This document shows, one piece after another, positions 17,438 through 27,796 of a stretch of 64,000 nucleotides of DNA. The translations under genes were made by a program, and so were the position numbers. The notes beneath the pieces were generated by a model. That model was not told the DNA's origin. It made no database searches and saw only the letters and a list, made by a program, of their open reading frames with translations. The stretch comes from a virus (Duplodnaviria; Heunggongvirae; Uroviricota; Caudoviricetes), in IMG/VR virus record IMGVR_UViG_3300027513_000011, positions 1 through 64,000 of that record. One strand, 5' to 3'. Numbering within the stretch: position 1 is the stretch's first letter; every line of letters begins with the position of its first letter.

Positions 17438-18216
17438 GCACTCCCGCCCCTCGTTTCTACCATGACATAGATCCCGGCCCTGTGGACATGGGGAGGTTTC
17501 TCTCCCAACCTCGACCCTACGCCAATGGGCCGGTCCTGGCGGGCCACGTCGATCGCAATGCCGCCCTTATTGCCGACGTGGCCCGTCTCTACATTCCTGT
17601 CGGCGCCAAGGTGCTCGACATGACGTTCGGCAAGGGGCGCTTCTGGTCCGATATTGAGTCAGTCATGTGGAACGACTGGTTCACCCTGTATGACAACGAT
17701 AACGACCTGAAGCTCGACACTTCATTCCAAGACGACTTCCGTCACACCCATTTTCAGCCGGAAACCTTCGACATCGTTGTGCTCGATCCGCCATACAAGT
17801 CAGGTGGCGCTCATTCCCCCGGCCCGATGGTGAATGACTACGGGCTCGACGCCATCAAGTCCACCACGCCCTCGGGCCACGGGAACGCCAAGGTGGTGTG
17901 GGAGCTCTACGAATCCGGTTTCCACGAGGCTTACCGGATCCTGAAGCCCAACGGTCTGCTCTGGTTCAAGTGCCAGGACTTTGTTGAGTCAGGCAAGCAA
18001 CACTGGTTCCACATTGAGTTGTTCAAGCTGGCCCAGATGTTCGGGTTCTTCCCCAAGGATCTGTTCGCCTTGGTGGGGACCAAGAAGCCGATGATGCGGC
18101 ACAAGACCCAGCACCATGCGCGCAAGAACCTGTCGTACCTGTGGGTGATGCAGAAGTCAGATCGGGGCTGGGAGACTAAAGGCGAGCTGGAGAAGCTGGC
18201 TCAAGTCCAGTCGTAG
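17434..18216 (+). CDS. DNA methyltransferase (N6-adenine/N4-cytosine type, DPPY motif)
   Basis: motif I-like TFGKGRFW then motif IV VVLDPPY. Confidence 0.6.
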   Translation: MSTPAPRFYHDIDPGPVDMGRFLSQPRPYANGPVLAGHVDRNAALIADVARLYIPVGAKVLDMTFGKGRFWSDIESVMWNDWFTLYDNDNDLKLDTSFQDDFRHTHFQPETFDIVVLDPPYKSGGAHSPGPMVNDYGLDAIKSTTPSGHGNAKVVWELYESGFHEAYRILKPNGLLWFKCQDFVESGKQHWFHIELFKLAQMFGFFPKDLFALVGTKKPMMRHKTQHHARKNLSYLWVMQKSDRGWETKGELEKLAQVQS

Positions 18217-18737
18217 ACGTAGAGATCTGACGGTGACCACGGACCAGCCTGGAAGAACACCCTCTCCCACCGCTTCGGCACTTCCTTCGACCAGTTACGG
18301 TGCCTGACGTGCGGGGCGTAGTCCTCGGGGTCAGAGTCGAAGTCAGATGAGTAGATGATGACTCGCCTATTGGCCGAGAACAGCAACCTCATGTGCTCGT
18401 AGAAGTCGTGGTCGTCAACAAGGTGGTAGATCACGTCGATGGACATGTGGGTGGCGCGAGGCTTGATCGAATCTCCGTCACGGAGAACCGCGAACTCCCA
18501 GTTGGGCCGGTCGATGAGATCCGCTGCTGCCATGATGGCTGAAGCTGAAGGGTCAATTCCCTTGTAGTCCCGGATCCCGTACAGGTTCGCCTGCTCGCCG
18601 TCACCGCAGCCGATGTCCAGCGTGTCGTAGAGCGCCCAGGTGTTGACCCGCTTCGCCTTCCACTCCGCTGCCTCGCCCTGCGAGCCCAGGCCGGAGTTGC
18701 CCCCCTTGCGATAGCGTTCCTCCCAGTACTGCGTCAA
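18201..18737 (-). CDS. class I SAM-dependent methyltransferase
   Basis: DIGCGDG SAM-binding motif; convergent with DNA MTase gene. Confidence 0.5.
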   Translation of the reverse strand: MTQYWEERYRKGGNSGLGSQGEAAEWKAKRVNTWALYDTLDIGCGDGEQANLYGIRDYKGIDPSASAIMAAADLIDRPNWEFAVLRDGDSIKPRATHMSIDVIYHLVDDHDFYEHMRLLFSANRRVIIYSSDFDSDPEDYAPHVRHRNWSKEVPKRWERVFFQAGPWSPSDLYVYDWT

Positions 18738-18922
18738 TGGTTATGCCTTCGCAGGTTGTCCAGGTGGCCCTTCAGGACATAACCAAGATTTCCCTCAATC
18801 CGTTCCAGGACTCCTTGGTATGCGCTCAAAACTCGTGAAAGGTTGGCATTAGCCTCCTCGTATGAGTTGCCCTCTGCGAATATGCCAGTGGCCATGTGTG
18901 TGATGGTTACCTCTACGGCCAT
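18734..18922 (-). CDS. hypothetical protein (62 aa)
   Basis: ORF track; ATGA-coupled upstream of MTase. Confidence 0.3.
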   Translation of the reverse strand: MAVEVTITHMATGIFAEGNSYEEANANLSRVLSAYQGVLERIEGNLGYVLKGHLDNLRRHNH

Positions 18923-19090
18923 GTTGCCCCTCTCTCTCGGCCTGATCGTACTGTACCGGAAATCCCCGTGTTCCGCAACCAGTGGAACAGCCCCTTTACC
19001 GGGAGCACCTACGACTCTCCCGAATCAAACAAGTCGTAGGTATTCCCGCGCAACGCCCCAAACCGCTCATTTGTGTTAGCCTTCCCCCAT

Positions 19091-19780
19091 ATGCCTCAAG
19101 TATCGAACACTGACGACATCGCCGCCGCTTTGAGCGTTGTCGAAGAAGGTGGCCTGGTCCCTGCTGACGAGATCCCTGGTGCCCCCGACCCGGTTGTCCG
19201 CAAGCTCGCCTATCTGGACGAGATGGATACCGAAACTCTCCAGCGTCTCAGGGAGGCCCGCATCGGGTCGAACCTGCACGCCATGTACATTGCCTGGCGG
19301 CGACGGTCGGCTATCTCCCTCTCCTCCCAGGGCTTCAAGATCAAAGAGATTGCCGCCCTCCTCGACGTGGCCCCAGGCACCATATCTCAGGACTTGCGGC
19401 GGGTCCGCGAGGAGTACGAGGGCCTGACCACCCGTGAATGGGCTGTCATTGTCGAGGAACGCATCATGGAGCTCGACCAGGACATCTTCACCCTGCGTCG
19501 GCAGTTGGACACCATGCCTCACCGCTACATCGAGAGGCCGGCAGATGACGGCGAGGTTGAACTACTGGACATCGGTCCCGACATCGACCAGCAGCTCAGG
19601 ATCCGCGACCGCATCATGGCCCTCAACGACCGGAGGGACAAGCTGCTCGGGGTGGACAAGGCTGCCGCTGCGCGCCACGTCGAGACTAAGAAGCTGGAAG
19701 TGGTGCTCTCGTTCGACCAGACCTCACAGGTGCGGGAGATCGAACCCACCATGATCGAGGCCGAGATAGTCGATGGCTAG
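19091..19780 (+). CDS. terminase small subunit (HTH)
   Basis: HTH IKEIAALLDVAPGTISQDL; immediately upstream of and overlapping large terminase; first ATG at 19091 (ORF track GTG 19073). Confidence 0.55.
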   Translation: MPQVSNTDDIAAALSVVEEGGLVPADEIPGAPDPVVRKLAYLDEMDTETLQRLREARIGSNLHAMYIAWRRRSAISLSSQGFKIKEIAALLDVAPGTISQDLRRVREEYEGLTTREWAVIVEERIMELDQDIFTLRRQLDTMPHRYIERPADDGEVELLDIGPDIDQQLRIRDRIMALNDRRDKLLGVDKAAAARHVETKKLEVVLSFDQTSQVREIEPTMIEAEIVDG

Positions 19781-21221
19781 CCTCGAAATCAAGCTGCCGG
19801 GCTTCCACTCCAAGCAGCAGCACATCTACGACAACATGCGTCGGTTCACCATCATGCGCGTGGGCCGACAGTTCGGCAAGTCCCTGATGGCTGCTGTGGT
19901 GGCGATCATTCGCGCCCAGATGAAGCCCAATCAGGTCATCATCGTGGTGGCGCCGACCTACAAGCAGACTCAGGCCATCTATGGGCGCATCCGTACCCTC
20001 TTGAAGCCGTTGTTCCGGCAGGACATGGGTGACGGGACACTGTTCGTCACCGAATACAAGGCCGACCTGCGCTTCGATTTCCACAACGGGTCGTCAATCA
20101 TGGCTGCCTCGGCCGACAATCCCGACAAGCTGCGTGGCTACTCGATCAACCTCATCATCATTGACGAGGCGGCGTCGATGGACAAAGGCGAGGAGTTGTG
20201 GTTCGAGGTCGTGCGCCCTGCCCTTGCCGTCACCCACGGGGACGCCATGTTCCTCTCCACCCCGAAAGGTAAGGACAACTGGTTCTACCACCTGTGGAAG
20301 CAGTCTGAGTACGACATCGCGGAGAAGGGTGACAACTCCGAGTGGGCCTTGTTCCACTTCAAGTCCACCGACTCGCCGTACTTCTCCGAGGCCGAATCCG
20401 AGGCCATCCGTGCTGTGGGAGAGAACTACTGGCGACAAGAGATCCTTGCCGAGTTCACCGCTCATGCCGGCACCATCATTGGCCCCGAGGCGTTCAAGTA
20501 CTACACCACCGTCATCCAGGAAAGTAACCTCTACTTCCTGCACGGGGCTGAGATGACGCCCGAGGCGAGCTGCTATCGAGCCATGACGGTTGACCTCGCT
20601 CTCACCAAGGGCACTTCTTCTGACTACACCGCCTTCGCTCTAGGGGACATGACGAGGTACGGCACCTGCTTCGTTCGTGACGTGTACCGTGACAAGATCC
20701 TCGGTCCCGACCTTGCCAATAAAATCATCGGGTATGCAAAACGCAATGCAGTCCAGGCCATCCACATCGAGTCCACCGCCTTCCAGCTTACTGTGGTGCA
20801 GGAACTTGAACGACGCGGGGTTACAGTCGCCAAGTTGCCAGCCAAGGGTGACAAGATTGCCCGTGCCTCCCTTATGGGGATCCGCATGAATGCCAGTCAG
20901 TTTCTCTACCAGCGCGAAGCCCCGTGGTTCTCGATGGTGATTGACGAAGTGACCACCTTTCCTGACGACGGCGCCCATGACGACATGGTTGACGCCCTCG
21001 CCTACCTGTCCCACGTTTCTGCCCAGTACGCCGTAGACGCCTCGCCGGCTGTGTTCGGTGGGGTGTCGCTCGATCAGGTTGCCCAAGCGGCTCGCCACAA
21101 TCCGAACGAAGATCGTGAGGTACTTCATGCTACTCTGCGGGTAGAGAAGATGGAAAGGGACCGTCAACGTGCAATGGAACGCGGCGAGATGGCCCTTAAG
21201 AGGATGAGAGGACCGATGTGA
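19773..21221 (+). CDS. terminase large subunit
   Basis: Walker A VGRQFGKS, IIIDEA Walker B-like, C-terminal nuclease-like acidic residues; position before portal. Confidence 0.8.
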   Translation: MASLEIKLPGFHSKQQHIYDNMRRFTIMRVGRQFGKSLMAAVVAIIRAQMKPNQVIIVVAPTYKQTQAIYGRIRTLLKPLFRQDMGDGTLFVTEYKADLRFDFHNGSSIMAASADNPDKLRGYSINLIIIDEAASMDKGEELWFEVVRPALAVTHGDAMFLSTPKGKDNWFYHLWKQSEYDIAEKGDNSEWALFHFKSTDSPYFSEAESEAIRAVGENYWRQEILAEFTAHAGTIIGPEAFKYYTTVIQESNLYFLHGAEMTPEASCYRAMTVDLALTKGTSSDYTAFALGDMTRYGTCFVRDVYRDKILGPDLANKIIGYAKRNAVQAIHIESTAFQLTVVQELERRGVTVAKLPAKGDKIARASLMGIRMNASQFLYQREAPWFSMVIDEVTTFPDDGAHDDMVDALAYLSHVSAQYAVDASPAVFGGVSLDQVAQAARHNPNEDREVLHATLRVEKMERDRQRAMERGEMALKRMRGPM

Positions 21222-21538
21222 CAGGATTCGACAGGTTCCCGTTTGACTTCTCAGCCCTCCAAGGGGGCGGAAGTCGCAGGTTCTACCGGACCAGATACAC
21301 CCGCGCTCTGTGGGATGGAAGAAGGCTCAAGATCTACGCCGAGGCCAAGGGACGCGTCTCTCTCGTCTACGACAAGGAAGTGACCGCCTTCACCGCCTCA
21401 GACCCGCAGCGTGTCCGTTGGGTGGACCCTGACGCCGGCAAAGAGTTCTCCCTCGTCAAGTCCTCGGGCTGTGGTTGCAAGTACCGGGAGCTCAGCATCA
21501 ATCCGAACAAGACCCCCGACCCCGCGGTGCTCGTATGA
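21218..21538 (+). CDS. hypothetical protein (106 aa)
   Basis: GTG start overlapping terminase stop (ATGTGA). Confidence 0.4.
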   Translation: MTGFDRFPFDFSALQGGGSRRFYRTRYTRALWDGRRLKIYAEAKGRVSLVYDKEVTAFTASDPQRVRWVDPDAGKEFSLVKSSGCGCKYRELSINPNKTPDPAVLV

Positions 21539-21960
21539 GCAATATCCTGATTCTGGTGCTGGCGATGATGGCCACCTATCGCCTCGCCGCCCTCGTCTCC
21601 ACAGACCTGATAGCGGAGCCCTTGCGCGAGTTCTGGCAGCGGCGGTGGCCTACGACAGACTTCTTCTACCCGGCCTCGAAGGTGGAAACAACTGACGCCA
21701 CCATGCTCGTCGGTCTGGCCCGCGCCTGGCCGTTCAAGCGTGAAGTGGCCTACATTGACGGGTTCTGGCGCAACACCAAGGAGTACCGCCTGGGCACCCT
21801 CATCGAATGCTTCTACTGCGTATCGGTGTGGGTTGCTTTCGGCATAACCCTTGCAACATATGAGTCTCTTAGCCTTCCCTACGACTGGCTGTTCGTCCTC
21901 AACTTCTTGGGGATCGCGGGCGGGGCTGAAATCATCAATAACGTGTTCTCGCGGGAGTAG
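21535..21960 (+). CDS. membrane protein (141 aa, multi-TM)
   Basis: internal ATG MSNILILVLAMMATY with ATGA overlap; several hydrophobic helices. Confidence 0.45.
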   Translation: MSNILILVLAMMATYRLAALVSTDLIAEPLREFWQRRWPTTDFFYPASKVETTDATMLVGLARAWPFKREVAYIDGFWRNTKEYRLGTLIECFYCVSVWVAFGITLATYESLSLPYDWLFVLNFLGIAGGAEIINNVFSRE

Positions 21961-21969
21961 CCTTACTCA

Positions 21970-23529
21970 ATGCCCAAGGTTTCTGAAGCCCTTACCGCTG
22001 CGAACATGCCCTCCGCGCGGTCGGGGGTCGCTGCCCTATCAACGGGTTCTCGCAGCAACATGTTCGCTGCCCACGGGATCCAGACTGCCACCCAACAGGA
22101 GATCTCCGAGAAGCAGCGGTTGGTCTGGGATGCTTACGACAACATCCCCGAAGTCCATTTCCTCGGTAACGGGGTCATCGGCGCCTCGGTCGAAACCCTG
22201 TCCTTCTACCCGGCTATGGACGATGTTTCCTCAGCGTTCAACTACGCCCAACCGATCGAGGAATCCGATGAGTACGAACAGGGCGACCTCGATCTGATCC
22301 ACAGCCTCGTCGCCGGCATCAAACCCCCGTGGGGTCAGCAGTCAGACTTCATGCGGGCGCTCGCCATCAACCTGTTCTTCCCCGCCGAGGTCTACCACGC
22401 CGCGACATACGAGCGTGGCAAGGACGTGTACACGCATCAGCTCGTCCCGAAGCAGAACATCATTCTTCCGAAGAAGGCGGCGAACAACAAAGTCATTGAG
22501 TCGTACAAGGATCCCATTTCGGGTCAGAACGTGAAGGTTGGCGATTCGGGAACCCTTCAGCGCATTTGGCGTCCACACCCGGCTAACCCTAACAACGCCG
22601 ACTCCCCGATGTTCGCTGTCCTCGAAGTTTTGGATGAGATGAAGTGGATTCAGCGTCTCATTTCGTCCATGCTGAAGAAGCGCGTTTATGTCTCGAAAAT
22701 GCTGATAATGACTAACAGCATTCTGGGACCGGACTTCGATCCCCAGAGTCAGACCTCATTGGCCGGAGCTGTCAACAAGGTCGAGAAGTCCCTCATCGAC
22801 CAGATGAATCGCAATATCCAGAGCGATTCCGACTCCGCAGTTTTGCCGATGCTCGGGTTCGTGCCCTTTGAGCATGTCAAGGACGGGTTCAACCTGATTG
22901 ACGTGGCCGGCGACCTCCCTGAGATGCTTCTCCAAGTGCTGGAAGCGGCTCAGCGTCGGTTGGCCAACGGTGTCGACGTGCCGGCCGAGTTCCTGCTCGG
23001 AATGGGTGGATCGTCACATTGGAGTGCCTATCTGATCCGCGACCTCCTCTGGCAGCAGCACATCTTCCCGCTGGCCGGACTCATCGCCTCGTCCCTCACC
23101 AGCGTCTTTCTCCGGCCGGCTCTCCGGCGTGCTCAGGATGGTGGCAGATTCAAGGGCGACCCTGAGAAGGTCAAGCTGTGGTTCCGATCCAACCAGCTCC
23201 AAACCCACCCAGAGATCTTCACCTACCTCGTCACCGCCTACGACAAGGGCATCATCGGGAAGGGTCCGATCCTCGCAGCCCTCGGCATTCCGCCAGAGGC
23301 CGCGATCACCGACGCCGAGCTGAAGCTGTGGATCCAGTTGAAGCTGGCCGGTATGGGCACCACCGACGAGGTTGGCGAAGGATCCTCCATTGATGTTGAG
23401 AACGGGACAGTGGTGCTGCCCAACGGCGTGTTCCCGTCTCCCTCGCGGACCCGTAGTGGCGGAACAGTGAGTGGTGATGGCCCGGCCGATAGGAGCCGAG
23501 CCGGCGAGGATGGCCCGTCCCAACGTTGA
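21970..23529 (+). CDS. portal protein
   Basis: 519-aa protein between terminase and prohead protease; synteny-based plus size/composition. Confidence 0.6.
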   Translation: MPKVSEALTAANMPSARSGVAALSTGSRSNMFAAHGIQTATQQEISEKQRLVWDAYDNIPEVHFLGNGVIGASVETLSFYPAMDDVSSAFNYAQPIEESDEYEQGDLDLIHSLVAGIKPPWGQQSDFMRALAINLFFPAEVYHAATYERGKDVYTHQLVPKQNIILPKKAANNKVIESYKDPISGQNVKVGDSGTLQRIWRPHPANPNNADSPMFAVLEVLDEMKWIQRLISSMLKKRVYVSKMLIMTNSILGPDFDPQSQTSLAGAVNKVEKSLIDQMNRNIQSDSDSAVLPMLGFVPFEHVKDGFNLIDVAGDLPEMLLQVLEAAQRRLANGVDVPAEFLLGMGGSSHWSAYLIRDLLWQQHIFPLAGLIASSLTSVFLRPALRRAQDGGRFKGDPEKVKLWFRSNQLQTHPEIFTYLVTAYDKGIIGKGPILAALGIPPEAAITDAELKLWIQLKLAGMGTTDEVGEGSSIDVENGTVVLPNGVFPSPSRTRSGGTVSGDGPADRSRAGEDGPSQR

Positions 23530-23561
23530 GTTGGGCGACGGCGGAAAGGTAAGTTGAGGAC

Positions 23562-24974
23562 ATGGCTGAAGTAGAAACCGTGACCATCCCCGTTCGCATC
23601 GAATGGGTTGGCGGGCTCACCCCTGATAGCTGGACTGCCACCAATGCTTTTGATTACGTCACGTCCGAGTCCTCCCGGCCCTCAACCAAGTCCCAGTTCT
23701 TGCAGCTCACCCCGAAGAAGGGTCGCAAGTTCCGCGCCCTGCTCGTGTCCGAAGGCAAACGGTCCACCGACGGGCGCATGATTACCTACGGTGCCCTATA
23801 CACCCGCGAGCCGCCCCTCCCCCTCATGTGGCTCAACCGGAACACCCAAGCCCATGAGGAAGCCATTTTCGTAGGCAACATTCTCAGCGTGGAGCGAGTC
23901 GGTGCCCAGGTCTGGGCTTACGGCGAGTTCGACACCAGCCCCGATGCTCTGGAAGCGACACGCCTGGTCGATGACAAGAAGCTCCGCGGCATCTCGATGG
24001 ACACCGCAGTTCTCGACTACGAACTCATCGAGGAGGGCGAGAAGGTTCTGTTCGATGTGAAGCGGGCCGAGTTGATGGGGGCCACCATTGTTCCCTTCCC
24101 GGCCTTCGATGACACCTACATCGAACTGCTCGATGAGGATGACGAGAGCGAGATGCTTGTCGCCGCCCTTGACGCCATCTACGACTTCGCTGACCCGGCT
24201 GCCTTCAAGATCCCTGAGCCCGAAGTCCCGACCCCCTGGACCGTGACCGAGGATGGCCGCGTGTTCGGGCATCTCGCCCTGTGGGGTGAATGTCACCAGG
24301 GGATCACGGATACCTGCGCCCTGGCGCCACGCTCCAAGTCTGGCTATGCCCACTTTATGATCGGTCGTATCGGCGATCAGCATCTAGGCACCGTGACCAT
24401 GAACACTGTCCATGTGGGCGGTGGCATGACACGCAATCAGGTGGCCCGCCACTACGCCGATACCGGGACCGTCGCCGCCTATGTCAGTATCGTGGACGGC
24501 AAGTTCGGGCCGTGGGTGTCCGGTGTTATGGAACCCTCTCTGTCGGAGATCGATCAGCGCAGGCTCGCCGCGTGTGGTATCTCAGGTGACTGGCGCGGCA
24601 ACGAGCTCATCGGGATCCTCGCCGTGCCCAAGCCCGGCTTCACGGTTCCGCGCTACGCCGATCCTGATGCCCTGGTTGCCTCCGCTATCGGATCCTTTGA
24701 GTGTGTCGGTTGCGAGGAATCCAAGATCGCTGCGGCCGATGTTGCCGGGCTACTGGTCGAAGCAGAACTTGAGGCCCCCATCGAGGTCGAGTCTGAAACT
24801 ACAGTTTACGTTGAGGATGAACTTGAGGACGACCTCGAACCCACTCCCGAGGAGATCGAGGCAGTGGACGATGAGCTGGCCGGCGACATCGACACCATCC
24901 TCGCTGACGTGCTTCGGGAGATGGAAGAAGCCGAGGCCGCGGCCGCTTTGGAGCGCATTCTCCTAGACGAATAA
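23562..24974 (+). CDS. capsid maturation protease / scaffolding protein
   Basis: position between portal and major capsid; acidic coiled-coil C-terminus (EEIEAVDDELAGD...EEAEAAAALERILLDE). Confidence 0.5.
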   Translation: MAEVETVTIPVRIEWVGGLTPDSWTATNAFDYVTSESSRPSTKSQFLQLTPKKGRKFRALLVSEGKRSTDGRMITYGALYTREPPLPLMWLNRNTQAHEEAIFVGNILSVERVGAQVWAYGEFDTSPDALEATRLVDDKKLRGISMDTAVLDYELIEEGEKVLFDVKRAELMGATIVPFPAFDDTYIELLDEDDESEMLVAALDAIYDFADPAAFKIPEPEVPTPWTVTEDGRVFGHLALWGECHQGITDTCALAPRSKSGYAHFMIGRIGDQHLGTVTMNTVHVGGGMTRNQVARHYADTGTVAAYVSIVDGKFGPWVSGVMEPSLSEIDQRRLAACGISGDWRGNELIGILAVPKPGFTVPRYADPDALVASAIGSFECVGCEESKIAAADVAGLLVEAELEAPIEVESETTVYVEDELEDDLEPTPEEIEAVDDELAGDIDTILADVLREMEEAEAAAALERILLDE

Positions 24975-25039
24975 CGTTCTCGTTCGTTGCTCAACAATCG
25001 GTTCGCGTTGGGGCCGTCTATATGATTCCCGCCGTATAG

Positions 25040-26845
25040 ATGTTTCCTACTCAGGAGATTGGAAGAATGAACGACAAGGAGCTTGCTGAGCTTCTGGAGC
25101 GGTTCGGTTGCACCGATGGGTGTGACGACATGGAACTCGCTGACCTTGACAAGCTCCACACCGAGCTCGCAAGCCGGCGTTCTGCTTTGGAGGATTCCGC
25201 GGACAAGGACAACCTGACCAAGATCGGTCAGTACACCGCCCTTATCGCCAAGGTGGAGAGCAACATTGCGCATCTGCGCGCCGAGTTTGCCGCCGAGGTC
25301 GAGAAGGTCAAGTCTCAGGCTCTTGGCACCTTCAACGCCGAGACTGAGGAAGTGGCCGAAGTGGCCGAGGTTGAGGCTGTTGTGGAAGCGGATGACGCTG
25401 CCATTGATGACAGTCTTGCCAAGTTCACCGCCGCCCGTCCCTCCACCAACGTCGAGGACGAAGGCCCCGGTAAGGCGTTCAGGGGAAAGGTTGTGTACGC
25501 CCCCAACTCGGACGCCGAGGGCAATCCCATCGGTGGCGAGAGGCTGAACACGTCGGTCGATCTGGCACGGGCCATCTCGAACTCCATCGACCAGCTTGGC
25601 AACTTCGCCGGCCGCATGAACGTGATCCACGGCATGTACGAGAACGACGCCGCAATGGTGCAGCTCTCGGCTCCGATGGATCCCGAGCGGACCACTGTGG
25701 AACTGGCCCAGGCTGTCGAGCTCTACAACCAGCGCCAGGAAGAGCACCTGACGGCTGACGGTTCGTTCTGCGCACCGATCACCCCGTTCTACTCCTTCTG
25801 CGATCTGGCGAACGAGGACATTTCGACCACGCAGCAGAGCCTCCCGACCGTGCGTACCATCCGTGGCCGCGTGCAGTACATGGAGACTCCCACGCAGGAT
25901 CAGTTCTTCGATCAGTGGGACGGCATTGACGACGATCTTTTCCAGGGTGTCGGCACCCGGTTTACGGAGGTTGATTCGCAGGCTGTCTCGGCTGCCGATG
26001 AGTCCACCTGGAAGCAGTGCGTCGAGGTCGACTGCCCGGAGCAACAGCCCCCGGCTGAGCTTGAGGCGCATTACACCTGCGTTACCTACAAGCACTTCAC
26101 CTGGAAGGCTTACCCGGAGTACATCGACCTGTACACCCGCAAGGCCCTGCTCGCCCACGACATCAAGGAGAGCCTGAGCCTGCTCCGGCAGATCCAGGGT
26201 GTCGCCCAGACCGGGCTCACCTTCGAGGCGTTCCCCGGCTCGATCGGCGGGTTCTTCCTGGCACTGGACACGCACGCAACTGCCTACCGCGAAGCCTACT
26301 GGCTGCCTCGGACGCAGGTTCTCGACATCGTTCTCCCCGAGTGGGTGCTGAACATGCTGAGGGCTGCCTACGTCCGGCGTGCCGAGGGCACTGAGGAAGC
26401 TGAGGCCCTGCGCGCTTCGGACTCGTTCTACACGAGCCTGTTCGCAAGCGTCAACCTGCGGCCCAACTTCATCACCGGCTGGCAGCGTCTGGCGACGAGC
26501 ACTGATGGGGCCGGCACCTTGCTGGACCCGATTGCGGCTCGCCCCGATGGTGTCGCCGTGTCGAACACCTGGCCCAACTCGTTCCTCGCCCTCCTGTGGG
26601 TGCCCGGCTCTGTGGTTCTCCTGGAGGATCCGAGCTGGAACATCGCACTGGAGCGGCTGCGGGACACCACGCTCCAGCGGCAGAACAAGTACAGCCTGTT
26701 CGTAGAAACCTTCTACGGGCTCGCCTACCCCTGCCCCTACGCCGTTCAGGAAATCCTGTTCAACTTCTGCCCCACCGGGCACGCTGCTGGCAGGGAAACG
26801 CTGAACTGCGCCAACCTGACGAGCGAGAACTCCCCCTCCTCGTAG
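25040..26845 (+). CDS. major capsid protein (HK97-like) with N-terminal coiled-coil delta/scaffold-like domain
   Basis: 601 aa following protease; N-terminal coiled coil then large globular domain; followed by hairpin terminator. Confidence 0.65.
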   Translation: MFPTQEIGRMNDKELAELLERFGCTDGCDDMELADLDKLHTELASRRSALEDSADKDNLTKIGQYTALIAKVESNIAHLRAEFAAEVEKVKSQALGTFNAETEEVAEVAEVEAVVEADDAAIDDSLAKFTAARPSTNVEDEGPGKAFRGKVVYAPNSDAEGNPIGGERLNTSVDLARAISNSIDQLGNFAGRMNVIHGMYENDAAMVQLSAPMDPERTTVELAQAVELYNQRQEEHLTADGSFCAPITPFYSFCDLANEDISTTQQSLPTVRTIRGRVQYMETPTQDQFFDQWDGIDDDLFQGVGTRFTEVDSQAVSAADESTWKQCVEVDCPEQQPPAELEAHYTCVTYKHFTWKAYPEYIDLYTRKALLAHDIKESLSLLRQIQGVAQTGLTFEAFPGSIGGFFLALDTHATAYREAYWLPRTQVLDIVLPEWVLNMLRAAYVRRAEGTEEAEALRASDSFYTSLFASVNLRPNFITGWQRLATSTDGAGTLLDPIAARPDGVAVSNTWPNSFLALLWVPGSVVLLEDPSWNIALERLRDTTLQRQNKYSLFVETFYGLAYPCPYAVQEILFNFCPTGHAAGRETLNCANLTSENSPSS

Positions 26846-26858
26846 TAGCAACAGCCTT

Positions 26859-26892
26859 GAGGGCCACCGGGACTTCGGTTCTGGTGGCCCTC
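26859..26892 (+). terminator. hairpin GAGGGCCACC-loop-GGTGGCCCTC after capsid gene
   Basis: 10-bp perfect stem read directly, 14 nt after capsid stop. Confidence 0.4.
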
Positions 26893-26905
26893 TCGCGTCT
26901 GCCCC

Positions 26906-26935
26906 TTGACACGGGTGTACGACGCGGGGTAGGAT
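26906..26935 (+). promoter_or_regulatory. promoter TTGACA-N18-TAGGAT, leaderless GTG start at 26942
   Basis: hexamers read directly; start codon ~7 nt after -10. Confidence 0.35.
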
Positions 26936-26941
26936 GATTCA

Positions 26942-27604
26942 GTGTTCCGACGCAAGGATCCCAGTATCCCCCACGAGGACATTCAGGGGGAACAGCACGG
27001 GTGGCGCACCTGGCGGATAGGTAAGTGGGCTCCCGACCAGCGCCCCATCCTGATCGGTCAGTACGCAACTTCGTGGCTGTTCCCCACCCTCAAGGCTGTC
27101 CATGTAGGGAGGGGTGAACCACCCCACGACCCTACCGAGGCCCCGTCTAAGGACTGTGCCTGTGGCATATGGGTACAGAAATTGGAAGTGGATTCGACTC
27201 GCTGGCTGGGTTCCTGCATCAATGCTTCCGGCTACGTCAAGATCTGGGGGCGCTACTTTGAGGGCGACCGCGGATGGAGGGTTCAGAACGCCACCATCAC
27301 CGGGCCGCTCACCATCGAAATGCACTGCGCTATGTGGAGCGCGCCCGAGATGCACAGCGGTATGCTCGGGGCCTTCAAGTGCAGCGATGATGTGGTTCGC
27401 ATCCATGACAACGGCAACGGATACACCTGTTTCTGCGCCCGTCACATTCCCTCCACCTACCCTCTCGTTACTCCCTACTATGATGGGCGCGCAGATACAA
27501 CCGTCGTCTACAACGTAAGCGAGTTCGCATCAATGGTGGTGCCGGTCTTGACCAAGCGGTACGGCTGCGATGTGTGGCTTTGGAACGATCTACTGGAGGA
27601 CTAA
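26942..27604 (+). CDS. hypothetical Cys/Trp-rich protein (220 aa)
   Basis: ORF track. Confidence 0.45.
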   Translation: MFRRKDPSIPHEDIQGEQHGWRTWRIGKWAPDQRPILIGQYATSWLFPTLKAVHVGRGEPPHDPTEAPSKDCACGIWVQKLEVDSTRWLGSCINASGYVKIWGRYFEGDRGWRVQNATITGPLTIEMHCAMWSAPEMHSGMLGAFKCSDDVVRIHDNGNGYTCFCARHIPSTYPLVTPYYDGRADTTVVYNVSEFASMVVPVLTKRYGCDVWLWNDLLED

Positions 27605-27796
27605 TGGGTGATATTGGGAAACCACTGCGGGAAGGCGAGATCTTCCCGGTCGAGATACCGAAAGAGGCGCCACCTGTTGAAATGCCGGCGCCAGTGCCCG
27701 CGACACCTGAGCCTGAGCGCGAACTAGTCCCAGCCTGACTTTTATGCATGAGGGATAGATGGTTATTATCCTTCACAATGTAGGAAAGTATCGCGC

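Noticed and set aside
17224-17450. 12-nt identical string TGAGCACTCCCG at two consecutive putative starts (17224 TTG, 17434 ATG), considered as a duplicated translation-initiation element
   Set aside because: Too short to distinguish from chance in a 64-kb high-GC sequence. The encoded peptides diverge immediately afterwards.
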